This document shows, piece after piece, positions 1 to 9,500 of a DNA stretch of 43,416 nucleotides. Within the stretch, counting starts at the first letter, position 1. Every line of letters starts with the position of its first letter. The notes below the pieces were generated by a model. It saw only the letters and a program-made list of their open reading frames with translations. It made no database searches and was not told the origin of the DNA. The DNA comes from Gammaproteobacteria bacterium (GTDB lineage Bacteria > Pseudomonadota > Gammaproteobacteria > Arenicellales > CAJQKF01): positions 1-43,416 of the forward strand of contig JAUIDF010000001.1 of assembly GCA_030429125.1 (NCBI GenBank). The letters run 5' to 3'. The position numbers were made by a program, and so were the translations under genes.

Positions 1-32
1 CACCAGCGTGGCGTTGAGCGAGATGTCGTTGA

Positions 33-1949
33 TCACACCGTAACTGTCGGACGTGCCCAGCGTGTGGGTCGGCGGCAGGCGCGACAGGATCGCAAACTTG
101 CCGGGGGTGTTCGTCCTTTCCCAGATCTGCGTGGCCAGAAGCCGGCCGACGAACCGATCACCAGGGGTTCGCGGTATGGGTCCGCATCGGCCGCCGGTCG
201 CTCGACGACGTACTCGTAGGGATGCGGCAGCACCACGTGGGGCACGCCGTGTCGTTCGAGCTCGTCGCGCAGCAGGTCCGTGGTGACGATGACGAGGTCG
301 CAGGCGCGCAGCAGCGGCCACATCGGCGCCCACAGCCGGTCGGACTCCCACATCAGGTACATGGCGACGGTCGCGTCGAGCCGCTTGCGCGCGCGGGCGA
401 TGCGTTCGAGTTGACGCTCGATGGCCTTTTGATTCGGGTGCAGCCCGACCACGTCGAGGTACAGGCCGCCCTGGAAGAGGTCGGGGCGCTGTTCGTGGGC
501 GTCGGGGGCGACCGGTTGAAGCACGCGGGCATCGAAGGCGGACGGCAGCTCGTCGAGGCTCTTGTAGCGAATGGCGGGTGAATCGAACACCAGTCCGTCG
601 AGCAGGCGCAGGTGTCGGCCGATGCTGTCGCGCGGATTGTCCCAGCCGCAGTAGACGATGCTCGTGAACGCGGGCGGTTCCGCCTCGGGCACCGCGGTCG
701 CGGGGCGCGATGTCGCCCGGCGGCCTGCCGCTTCGTAGGCGGCGCGGATGGCGCTCTCGTCCACGAGGTCGCGGCACGCTTCGGCGAAGGTGTGCTGGTC
801 GCGGCATTGAAGGGCGGTGTCGATCCGCGCGAGAAACGGCGCCAGCGCACGCGCCCATGCATAGCGGGTGCGAATCGATGCCGACGCCGCCTCGACCCGT
901 TCGTGCTCGACGTCCCACTGTGCCACCGCGTGACGCATCCGGTCGACCAGATGATCCTCGTCGATGGCCCGCATGTGCCCGCAGAAATGGTCGACGCGCG
1001 CCGCGCGCAGCATCTCCCCGGTATTCAGGATCATCGCATTGCCGTCGTCGAGGTAGTCGGCCAGTCCCGTATGCGCCGGCGCGATGACCGGCGTTGCGCA
1101 GGCGATCGACTCGAGCGGCACCAGCCCGAAGCCCTCGCCCAGCGACGGGTGCACGGTGCAATGCGCCGCGGCGTAGCGCCGTGCCACGATCGCCTCGTCG
1201 AGGCCGCCGGTCGACACGAACTCGATCTGCGCGGCAATCGCCGCGTCGGGTGGCGGCAGCCAGCGATGGTCGGTCACCGCGAGTCGCAGCATCACGTCGT
1301 CGCGGCCCGCGAACGCGGCGCGAAAACACCGCAGCAATTCCGCGTAGCCCTTGCGCTGGGCAACCTGGTGGCGAAAGGCATTGAAGAACACGAAACGATC
1401 CCGCTCGCGCGCAGGCGGATCGGGCGCGAAGGCCGGCGAGACCCCGTGCGGCACGATCATCACCGGTGCGTTCACCCCCGAATCGATGAAGGCGCGGCGG
1501 CAGAACGAGGAGGGTACGCAGACGAGGTCGAAACGGTTGCAGGCCTGTACCCAGTGGGGAAGGATGCGATCGGTCTCGCAGGCGAACAGGCCCACGGTCA
1601 CACCGTGTTGGAAGAACCACTCGGGCGCGTGCGTCGGGAAGCCGAGGAAGACGCCCACGTGCGCGCGGCGGTTCAGGCCTTCCTGCGGCGATAGCGGCGT
1701 GCCGTCGAGGGCGCCGCCCGCGTAGTCGCACACCGACACGGCGCCGATTGTCTCGGCCAGTGCCGAGGCCACGGCGCGCGACACGTTGGCGTAGGAGTCC
1801 CGGCCGCCCGGAAAGCCGTAGAACTGCACTCGCGTATCGTCGCGGGCGGGCGCGTCGAAGGCGATGGCCGGCGATTGTCGGGGCGGTGTCAGCCGGAACA
1901 CGGTCGAGGTGCGAGACACGTCCGGCCTGTCCCCTGGTTTGTCGTTCAT
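33..1949 (-). CDS. Glycosyltransferase, GT-B fold / GT4 family, apparently two-module; 3' end possibly frameshifted or continuing beyond the window
   Basis: 638-aa minus-strand ORF. It contains the GT4 donor-binding signature HPSLGEGFGLVPLESIACATPVIAPAHTGLADYL (E-x7-E). Residues ~430-600 look like the N-terminal half of a second GT-B module. It starts 13 nt after the UbiA gene stop on the same strand. The last ~30 codons (SGKGRTPPASLRSCRACRRPTRWARPTVTV) look non-coding-like; see the frameshift finding. Confidence 0.8.
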   Translation of the reverse strand: MNDKPGDRPDVSRTSTVFRLTPPRQSPAIAFDAPARDDTRVQFYGFPGGRDSYANVSRAVASALAETIGAVSVCDYAGGALDGTPLSPQEGLNRRAHVGVFLGFPTHAPEWFFQHGVTVGLFACETDRILPHWVQACNRFDLVCVPSSFCRRAFIDSGVNAPVMIVPHGVSPAFAPDPPARERDRFVFFNAFRHQVAQRKGYAELLRCFRAAFAGRDDVMLRLAVTDHRWLPPPDAAIAAQIEFVSTGGLDEAIVARRYAAAHCTVHPSLGEGFGLVPLESIACATPVIAPAHTGLADYLDDGNAMILNTGEMLRAARVDHFCGHMRAIDEDHLVDRMRHAVAQWDVEHERVEAASASIRTRYAWARALAPFLARIDTALQCRDQHTFAEACRDLVDESAIRAAYEAAGRRATSRPATAVPEAEPPAFTSIVYCGWDNPRDSIGRHLRLLDGLVFDSPAIRYKSLDELPSAFDARVLQPVAPDAHEQRPDLFQGGLYLDVVGLHPNQKAIERQLERIARARKRLDATVAMYLMWESDRLWAPMWPLLRACDLVIVTTDLLRDELERHGVPHVVLPHPYEYVVERPAADADPYREPLVIGSSAGFWPRRSGKGRTPPASLRSCRACRRPTRWARPTVTV

Positions 1950-1962
1950 AAGGTGACCTGTT

Positions 1963-2859
1963 CTACCGGGCCGCCCATGCGATCACAACGCACGATGCGG
2001 CGGCAAGTGCCAGGGTCAGCCGGTCGCTTGCCGCGAATACGACCGGGTCGATGTGCAAGTCGCCTCGTCGTGCGAGCGAGATCAGGCGCAACAGCCAGTA
2101 GCCGAGCATTGCCGCCAGCAGCCACAACGGCCAGGCGGAGGAATAGAAGCGATCGGCGCTGGGCGAAAAGGCATAGGCGATGAGCACCGCCGTGGCGAGG
2201 CCGGTACTGGCGCAGCCGAAGCGGAACAGCCTGTTCCGGTCCGAATCGTCGTAGGGTCGGCCCGGCACCCGATCGTCCGTACCCGGCCGGCAGACCTCGG
2301 CAATCTCGGCCAGGCGTTTCGCCAGGGCGACGGTCAGCAGCAACGATCCGGCCAGCGACAGCAGCCAGGGTGACGGATCGACGCCGGTGGCCACCGCGCC
2401 GCCGACGAGGCGCAGCAGGTACAGGCTCGTCAGTGTCACGATGTCGACGAGATAACGCTGCTTCGCCCAGGTAGTGTAGACCGTTGCGGCCAGTACGTAC
2501 ACGACAAGCACGGGCCAGGCGCGCGAGCCCATCGCCGCTGTCGCGGTGACCGCCACCAGCGGCAGCAGGGCGGCGCCGCCGAGCGCCACGCGGGTCGTCA
2601 TGTGCCCAGAGGCAATGGCGCGGCGGCGCTTGGCGGGGTGGCGTGCGTCGTCCTCGCGATCCTTCCAGTCGTTGAACAGGTACACGCCGGACGCGCACAG
2701 GCTGAAGCCGATAAACACCACCGTCGCGTCGAGCCAGGCGCCGGGCTCGTGGAGACGGTGCGCTGCCAGCAACGGTACGAACACCAGCAGGTTCTTCGAC
2801 CAGTGGTGAGGACGCAGCGCCCACAGCAGCGCGTCGATGGTGTCACGCCCGATCCTCAT
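1963..2859 (-). CDS. UbiA-superfamily polyprenyl-phosphate/prenyl transferase, resembling the decaprenyl-phosphate phosphoribosyltransferase (Rv3806c-like) branch
   Basis: Uses the internal ATG at 2859 of track ORF 1963..3600. The upstream part of that ORF is Arg/Gly-rich and overlaps the better gene 2856..4325. From MRIGRDTIDALLWALRPHHWSKNLLVFVPLLAAH onward it is a multi-TM protein with the Asp-rich motif FNDWKDREDDARH (NDxxDxxxD). An ATGA stop/start overlap with the upstream gene lies at 2856-2859. The sub-branch assignment is from memory of the family N-terminus, not computed. Confidence 0.85.
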   Translation of the reverse strand: MRIGRDTIDALLWALRPHHWSKNLLVFVPLLAAHRLHEPGAWLDATVVFIGFSLCASGVYLFNDWKDREDDARHPAKRRRAIASGHMTTRVALGGAALLPLVAVTATAAMGSRAWPVLVVYVLAATVYTTWAKQRYLVDIVTLTSLYLLRLVGGAVATGVDPSPWLLSLAGSLLLTVALAKRLAEIAEVCRPGTDDRVPGRPYDDSDRNRLFRFGCASTGLATAVLIAYAFSPSADRFYSSAWPLWLLAAMLGYWLLRLISLARRGDLHIDPVVFAASDRLTLALAAASCVVIAWAAR

Positions 2860-4325
2860 GGCGATTGGCGAACGGCGACAACCGCGGACTTCACGATCGG
2901 TTCGGTCCACGGTTCGCGCCACAGAAGATAACGCACCAATTCGCCCATGGACGGTGTGCGCTCGTGCGCATGCCACCACAGCCGCACGGGCACCTCGCGC
3001 CACTGGTAGCCGTCGCCGAGCACTTGCGACACCGTCTCGCGGTCGGCCGCATCGGCAACCGCGAGGACCGGCGAGGGGTCCGCCACGGGGTCGCCGAATC
3101 GCACCGGGAGGTGTCGCCAGTACCAGGCGAGGGGCCAGCTGGCGCCGCCCGACACCGAGGCATAGCGATCGACGCCCGGACCGATGAACGGCGACGCGTC
3201 GATCACGGCGTCGAAGCCGTCGACCGTGGTGGCATAGTGCAGCGCCTCGACCCGGTCGTTGCGCGGGTATTCGTGGTGGTGCAGGAAGACCGCGCGGAAG
3301 GCGACGGCCGCGGTCAGGACCAGCGCCGTGGTCGCGATGGTGCGACTGAACCATCGCCCGCGCGGCCCGAAGGTGCGCGCCAGTTGCGCGCCGGCCAGCG
3401 GCACGAAGGCCCACACCTGGTGAACCGCCAGCCAGGGCGTCTTCTCGCCGAGCCAGGCGTACATCACGATGGACGACAGGCCGAAGCAGATCAGCGCGAT
3501 TTCGAACGCACGGACTTCCCGTCGGCGGACGATCCACGCCAGCGCGGCGCCCATGATCAGAAACTCGTACACGCCGATCCGGAACAGGTGATACCACCAC
3601 GGGCCGTCGATGCGCGCGGCGTCATGCTGACCGGTCCAGTAGCGCACCGCGTCGATGGCGAACGTCCAGTCTCCGGGACGCGACAGAAAGAACGTGTAGA
3701 GCAGCAGCACGACCACGACGAAGACCGACAGCGCCTGCGCGATGGGCACGCGCAGGCGCCAGGCGGCGGTGAGCAGCCGACCCGGCCGCAGCGGCCAACG
3801 GCAGGCGGCCGCCACCATCAGCCAGGTCGCGACGGCGAGAAATACCGTCACGAAGGCATTCTCCTTGGCGCCGAAGGCGAGCGCCGCCCAGAACCCCGCC
3901 CACGGCCAGGCGCTGGCACTATCGTCGCGCAATGCCAGGTAGAGCGACAGCAGGCTGGCGCTGGCCGCGAACATCACCAGCAGGTCCATGGCCAGGAAGC
4001 GGCCGTAGTAGAGGAACATCGGCGAGATGGTGACCAGCAGGCCGCTCCACCACGCCGCCTTCATGCCGAGCGGGCGTTTCAGTCGCCATGCCAGCCACAG
4101 GAACGACACCCCGGTCAGCGCGGCCGGCAGCCGGGCCACGAAGTCGCCGTCGCCGAACAGCAGAAAGCCGAGCGCAGTCAGGTAGTAGAGAAGCGGACCG
4201 TGGTAGGCGGGATCGTAGGCGTAGCGTCCCTCGAGCAGGAGGTCGAGGGACAGCTTGGCGTGGATGGCCTCGTCGGCGTGCAAGGGTCGCTCCGCGAGAC
4301 CCGCGAGGTGCAGCACGCACGACAA
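2856..4325 (-). CDS. TIGR03663-like polytopic membrane protein (GT-C / PMT-ArnT-like putative glycosyltransferase, function unknown)
   Basis: 489-aa hydrophobic ORF. Near the N-terminus it has RPLHADEAIHAKLS (DE dipeptide) and YHGPLLYY (HGP tripeptide), the invariant residues I recall for TIGR03663. The track start (TTG 4325) truncates the first TM helix. The frame stays open upstream, and a CTG at 4385 overlapping the upstream stop (CTGA) would give SIDKLARSPGFWPWAALFALSCVLHLAGL. The true start is therefore uncertain (4325-4385). Confidence 0.75.
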   Translation of the reverse strand: MSCVLHLAGLAERPLHADEAIHAKLSLDLLLEGRYAYDPAYHGPLLYYLTALGFLLFGDGDFVARLPAALTGVSFLWLAWRLKRPLGMKAAWWSGLLVTISPMFLYYGRFLAMDLLVMFAASASLLSLYLALRDDSASAWPWAGFWAALAFGAKENAFVTVFLAVATWLMVAAACRWPLRPGRLLTAAWRLRVPIAQALSVFVVVVLLLYTFFLSRPGDWTFAIDAVRYWTGQHDAARIDGPWWYHLFRIGVYEFLIMGAALAWIVRRREVRAFEIALICFGLSSIVMYAWLGEKTPWLAVHQVWAFVPLAGAQLARTFGPRGRWFSRTIATTALVLTAAVAFRAVFLHHHEYPRNDRVEALHYATTVDGFDAVIDASPFIGPGVDRYASVSGGASWPLAWYWRHLPVRFGDPVADPSPVLAVADAADRETVSQVLGDGYQWREVPVRLWWHAHERTPSMGELVRYLLWREPWTEPIVKSAVVAVRQSP

Positions 4326-4381
4326 CGCGAACAGCGCCGCCCAGGGCCAGAACCCGGGCGAGCGTGCCAGTTTGTCGATAC

Positions 4382-6412
4382 TCAGAATTGCACCACCCTC
4401 GCCTCGTTCGACGACAGCACGACGTCGCCCGCCGCCTCGATCGCGTCCAGCGCCATGGCCGGGTAGCGGCTGCGCTCGACGCTGCCGATGACGACGAGCG
4501 CGATGTTCTCGCGCGCGGCCAGCCGTCGTACCCGGTCGACGTCGCCCGCGGAGTATAGGTCATCGGCCACGCGCCAACGCCGTTCGAGTTCCGGTTCGAC
4601 GCCGGCACCGCGCCAGAAGCGTTCGTGCCGGCGCCAGCCGAGGTAGCCGGGCGTACCGGTGGCGGCGGCAATGCGGCCGGCATCCTCGTAGGCGCGGCCG
4701 GGCGCCTCGAGCAGCGCGCCGCGCGGGGCCCGGTCACGCACGAAGGCGACCACGGCGCGGTCGCCGGCCGCCATCCAGCGCAGGCCGTCGAGCCCGGGTT
4801 CGCGGTCGAGGCCGGCGCCGACCAGCGCCAGGGCATGCGGCAGGGAAGCGACCAGGAGCGCGGCGCAGACGACACGCCTCGCGGCGTTCGACGGAAAGGC
4901 GTTGCAGACAATGGCCGGCAGCGCCACGGCAATGAGCATCCAGCCCTGCACGTAGGTCTTGAACACGGTGTTGGCGCGGCGAAAGGCGTCGCCGTAGTCG
5001 TCTCTTACGATCACGATCTCGGGCACCGCGAACAGGCCGAGGCCCAGTACCGCGATCCACACGGCGCACCGCGGGGCCGGATCGCGGGCGCACGACGCGG
5101 TCCAGGCGGCGAGCGCGGCGAGGGCCAGCAGTACCACCAGCAGCGGACGGCCGCTGGCGGCGGCGACCGCGACCGCGAGCGCCGAGGCGCCCCACAGCCC
5201 GGTCACGCCGAGGCGGCGGTCGTCGGCCGCACGGGCCGCCAGTCGAAACAGGCCGGCGGCCAGCGGGACCAGCACGATACCGGCATAGAGGAACAGCGCC
5301 CCGGGCGTCGTCTGCGTCCGCGCGAACTCGAGACCGTTCGCCGGCGGCTCGAATCGCGAGAAGAACGGGTAGGCGAGCCATGCAGCGGCCGCCAGCGCCA
5401 GGGCGGCCGACGCCGTCGCGAAGAGCGCGCCATGCCGATCTTCACGCCCGCGCACGGCGGCGCACGCCGCCAGTATCGCCACCAGCGCCGCCAGCGTCGG
5501 TGCCAGCCAGGGATTGGCCATGGCGGCGGCGGCGGTCAGCACCGCGAGCAGCGCCAGGCCGTAGCGTGGGGTTCCGGACCCGAACGCGACCAGGGCGAGG
5601 AGCAGCGCGGCCAGCAGCATGGGCGCCGAGGTGAAGTGCGCGTGCAAGTCGCCGAGCCACGTGGTGAACAGCGGGTACTCGGTGATCGTCCCGGTGACCT
5701 GTCGGGAGGATGCCCAGGTATCGATGCCCCCCGGGTCGCGTGTCACGGCCAACTGGCGCACGCCGTCCAGGGTGCCGGAGAAGGTGCAAAGAAAAGCGCC
5801 GAGCAGCGCCATGGGGGCGGCGGCGCCGAGCCGCGATGCGACAGCCCACGCCATCGAGAAGACCGACGCGCCGACCGAGGCGACCGCCAGGTTGTAGACG
5901 TACTCCGTGGGGATGCCGGTGAGACGCGCGGGAATCACCCACGGCATCAGCCCGAAGTAGTAGTAGTTGAGCGTCTCGCCGGCCAGCCAGAAATCGGGCG
6001 GCGGGAATGCGCGTGCGCCGAGCAGGGTGTTGAGTATGCCGAAATCGAGCGGCTTCTCGGTGCCCCGGATCTCGGGCGTTTGAAGTCGCAGCAGGAGGAT
6101 CGCGGCGAAGGCGGCGAGGAATACGAGCTCGGCCCGGGCGATGCGACCGGCGAAGGGCGCATCGAGCCGCAGGTGCTTGACGGACAGGAGCAGGCCGGCC
6201 GCGAGCAGGGCAATGCCGGCCAGCGGCCACGGCGACATGCCGAGATGGGCAGCGCCCCAGGCGGCGGTCGCCGCGACCACGAGGGAGATCGTGCGCGATC
6301 CGGTCCAGGCGAGCGCGGGCTCCAGGTCGAGGCGGCGCAGCAGCGGATATAGTGCCGGCGCCGCCAGCCACGTCGCCAGGTACCACAGCGGCAGGTAGAA
6401 TGAAATCGTCAC
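4382..6412 (-). CDS. DUF2298 / Chlor_Arch_YYY (TIGR03662) integral membrane protein, function unknown
   Basis: 676-aa very hydrophobic ORF with RGTEKPLDFGILNTLL, ETLNYYYFG (the YYYxG motif) and TEYPLFTTWLGDLHAHF. It is the first gene of a minus-strand gene string running 6412 -> 33. Confidence 0.8.
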   Translation of the reverse strand: MTISFYLPLWYLATWLAAPALYPLLRRLDLEPALAWTGSRTISLVVAATAAWGAAHLGMSPWPLAGIALLAAGLLLSVKHLRLDAPFAGRIARAELVFLAAFAAILLLRLQTPEIRGTEKPLDFGILNTLLGARAFPPPDFWLAGETLNYYYFGLMPWVIPARLTGIPTEYVYNLAVASVGASVFSMAWAVASRLGAAAPMALLGAFLCTFSGTLDGVRQLAVTRDPGGIDTWASSRQVTGTITEYPLFTTWLGDLHAHFTSAPMLLAALLLALVAFGSGTPRYGLALLAVLTAAAAMANPWLAPTLAALVAILAACAAVRGREDRHGALFATASAALALAAAAWLAYPFFSRFEPPANGLEFARTQTTPGALFLYAGIVLVPLAAGLFRLAARAADDRRLGVTGLWGASALAVAVAAASGRPLLVVLLALAALAAWTASCARDPAPRCAVWIAVLGLGLFAVPEIVIVRDDYGDAFRRANTVFKTYVQGWMLIAVALPAIVCNAFPSNAARRVVCAALLVASLPHALALVGAGLDREPGLDGLRWMAAGDRAVVAFVRDRAPRGALLEAPGRAYEDAGRIAAATGTPGYLGWRRHERFWRGAGVEPELERRWRVADDLYSAGDVDRVRRLAARENIALVVIGSVERSRYPAMALDAIEAAGDVVLSSNEARVVQF

Positions 6413-6504
6413 CGATCGCCCTCAAGCGGTAGCAGGACCCGCGAGCGGGGAATCCGTTCCACCTGTCGCGCCATCGCCGGGCACGACGCGGGGAGCCCCT
6501 GCCC

Positions 6505-9500
6505 TTGAAGAGCCAGCATCACTGCGCGCGTGTCGCCCTCATGGTACTCGTCCTCGGCGCCGTCGCCTGGGCGGCGGCGGTGCGTTTCGCGTTCAACGAC
6601 TGGGACGGCCTCGCCAACCTGCATCCGGACGAACGTCACCTGGCGCGGGTGGTGGCGGCGGTCGAGATTCCCCCCGCCTGGTCCGACTACCTCGATGCCG
6701 ATGTCTCGCCGCTGAACCCCCGCGAACGCGGCGTCGACCTGTTCGTCTACGGCGACCTGCCGGTCACCCTGGCGCGGCTGGCCGCGGAAAGCTTAGCCGA
6801 TCTCTGCGGGCAGTCAATGTCGGTGCCCGCGCCGCTTGGGCGCGCTGCCTGTGTCGACGCCACCGGCAGCCCGGTGTCGTGGACCGACATCGACGGCATC
6901 ACCCGGCTCGGTCGCGCCCTGTCGTCGCTGTTCGCGCTGTTGAGCGTGGTGCTGACCGGGCTGATCGCGTGGCGGCTCGCCGGCGCGGCGGCCGGCGTCA
7001 TCGCCACCTGGCTGGCGGCGGGATGCGTCCTGTCGATCCAGTCGTCGAACTTCTTCACCGTCGACGCAGCGGCGACCGCCTTCGTGCTGGCGTCGTTTGT
7101 TTGCGTGCTGTACTGCCGCCGCCTGCCGCGGGACTGGCCGGCCATGCTGCTGGCCGGGTTCGCCCTCGGGGCGGCGGCCGCTTGCAAGATCACCCTGCTT
7201 ACGTTCGCCGTCGTGCCGGCCGCCGCCGTCATCGCGGTGGCCATGGCCGAACCGGCCGCTCGTTCGGTCCGCGCCACGATTGGCATCGCGGCGATGTCGG
7301 TGGGCCTGTACGTGGCGGTGAGAGTGCTGTCGCCCAGCGCCTTCGACGGATGGGTCGGTCTCGACCAACGCTGGCTCGAAGACCTCCGCGTGGCGCGTGC
7401 GCTGGTCAGCGGGTCGGTGGATTATCCGCCGGGCGTGCAGTGGACCGGCCGCGTCCCCTGGCTGTTTCCGCTGCACACTCTGGTGACGTGGGGCATGGGC
7501 CTGCCGCTGGCAGCGGTGGCGCTGGGCGGCTGGCTTGCCTGGGGTGTGGCCGCCGTGCGGCGTATGCCCGCGATGGGCCCGAGGGGATTTCACGATCCGG
7601 CGGCTCGCGGCCTGGCGCTTGCGTGGCTATGGGTTGCCGTGTTCTTCGCGTGGCAGGGGGGTCAATGGGTTTCGACCCTGCGCTACCTGCTGCCCATGGT
7701 CTTTTTCCTGGTCGTCTTCGCGGCCTGGGCGCTGTCGCGCTGGTGGCGCCAGGGGCGCGTGTCGGCGTGGGCTCGCCGCGGCGCGGTGCTCGGCGTGATC
7801 GGCCTGTCCCTGGCCTGGACGTTCGCGTTCCTCGCCGTCTACGCCCCGCCGCATCCGCGCCTGGCGGCCTCGGACTGGATCAGCGCCCGGTTCGACCCGG
7901 GCGCGGTAATCGGCTACGAGTACTGGGACGACCCGTTGCCCGTCGGTGGCGACAGTGGCGACAGCTTCGAACGGGTCGCCCTGGACCTGTATGCCGAGGA
8001 CACGGCCGCCAAGCGCCAGCGCCTCGTCGACCAGCTCGCGTCGATCGACTACCTGGTGCTGTCCAGCAACCGGCTCGTTGCCTCGATTCCGCGCCAGCCG
8101 ATGCGCTATCCCATGACCGGCCGCTACTACGCGGCGCTGACGAGTGGCGCGCTGGGGTTCGAGCCGGTCGCGGATTTCGCCGCCTGGCCGCGTCTCGGGC
8201 CGTTCGTGTTTCCCGACCAGGAATGGCCGCTGCCGCCCGCTCTGCGCGCCGGCGACGTGGTCGTGCCGCTGCCGCCGGCCGAGGAGGCGTTCAGTGTCTA
8301 CGATCATCCGCGGGTGATCGTCTATCGAAAACGTGCCGACTTCTCGGCGTCGCTGGTGTCGCAGGTGCTGTCGGCCGTGGATGTCGAGTCCGCCTACCAC
8401 GGCTTTCGTCCGCGCGCGGAAACCGCCGCGCCCGACGGCCTGTTGTTCACCCCCGCGCAATGGCGAGCGCGCGAGACGCGTGCCGCGCCTGCGGGCGACG
8501 GCGGCGACGGCGGTGACGGCGGCATGCCGCGACACGTCCTCGCGTGGCTCGCCGCTTCCCTGATCCTGGGCTGGCTGGCCATGCCGGTGGTCGCGCGACT
8601 CGCCCCCGGGCTCGCCGACGGCGGCGCCTCGCTGGCGCGCGTTTTCGCCATCGTCGCCGTCTCCCTGGGCGTGTGGTGGGCGGCAAACACGGGATGGGGG
8701 GCAAACACGGCGCGTGGCGCGTACGCGGCCGTCGCGCTGCTCGCTCTCGTGTCGGTCCTGTCGTGGCGGCGGGCGCGCGTGCCGATTGCGCGACGCACCT
8801 GGCTGATCCCGGAGGCGGTGTTCGTCGTCGCCTTCGCCGTGGCACTGGTGGTGCGGGCGGGCACACCGGAACTGTGGCACCCCGTATTCGGCGGCGAGAA
8901 GCCGATGGACTTCGCCTACTTCAATGCCGTGCTGCAAAGCCCCGCGCTCCCGCCCCACGATCCGTGGTTCGCCCTCGGCGTTCTCAACTACTACTACTTC
9001 GGCTTCGTCATGGTGTCGGTGCTGACGAAGTTGACGGCGGTACCGCCGGCGGTCGCCTACAACCTCGCCATGGCGCTGTGGTTCGCGCTCCTGTGCCAGG
9101 TCGCGTTCGGCATCGGCTTTCATCTCTCGGCGCGGCTGGCCAGCCGCCGGTCCGGCTATCGTCCGCTTGCCGGCGGCGTGCTGGCCGCCCTGCTGACCGG
9201 TTGTGCCGGCAACCTGGTACACGCGGTGATGCAGCTCCGCGGCGAATGCCGGGTGCTTTCCGTCGATCCCTGCGTCTTCTGGAATGCGAGCCGCGCCGTT
9301 GCCGCCGCGCCCGGCGAGCCGGCGCCGATCACCGAGTTCCCGTTCTTCACGATGCTCTACGGCGATCTGCATGCACACTTTCTGTCGCTGCCCGTGCTGC
9401 TGCTCACGGTCGGCCTGGCGCTGGCCTGGACGGGCCTGCGCACCGGCTTGTCGAACCCTGTCGTCGACGGGGCTCGCGCGGCGGTGGTCGGCGCGTTGAT

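Noticed and set aside
2860-3600. N-terminal 246 codons of track ORF 1963..3600.
   Set aside because: This part is low-complexity and Arg/Gly-rich and overlaps gene 2856..4325 in another frame. The UbiA homology begins at the internal ATG 2859, which forms an ATGA overlap with the upstream stop.
2865-4466. 533-aa plus-strand ORF antisense to the TIGR03663-like gene. The same applies to 4625..6352 (+, 575 aa) and 612..1694 (+, 360 aa).
   Set aside because: These are Arg/Gly/His/Asp-rich with no motifs. They lie exactly antisense to ORFs with clear family signatures, as expected for shadow ORFs in very GC-rich DNA.
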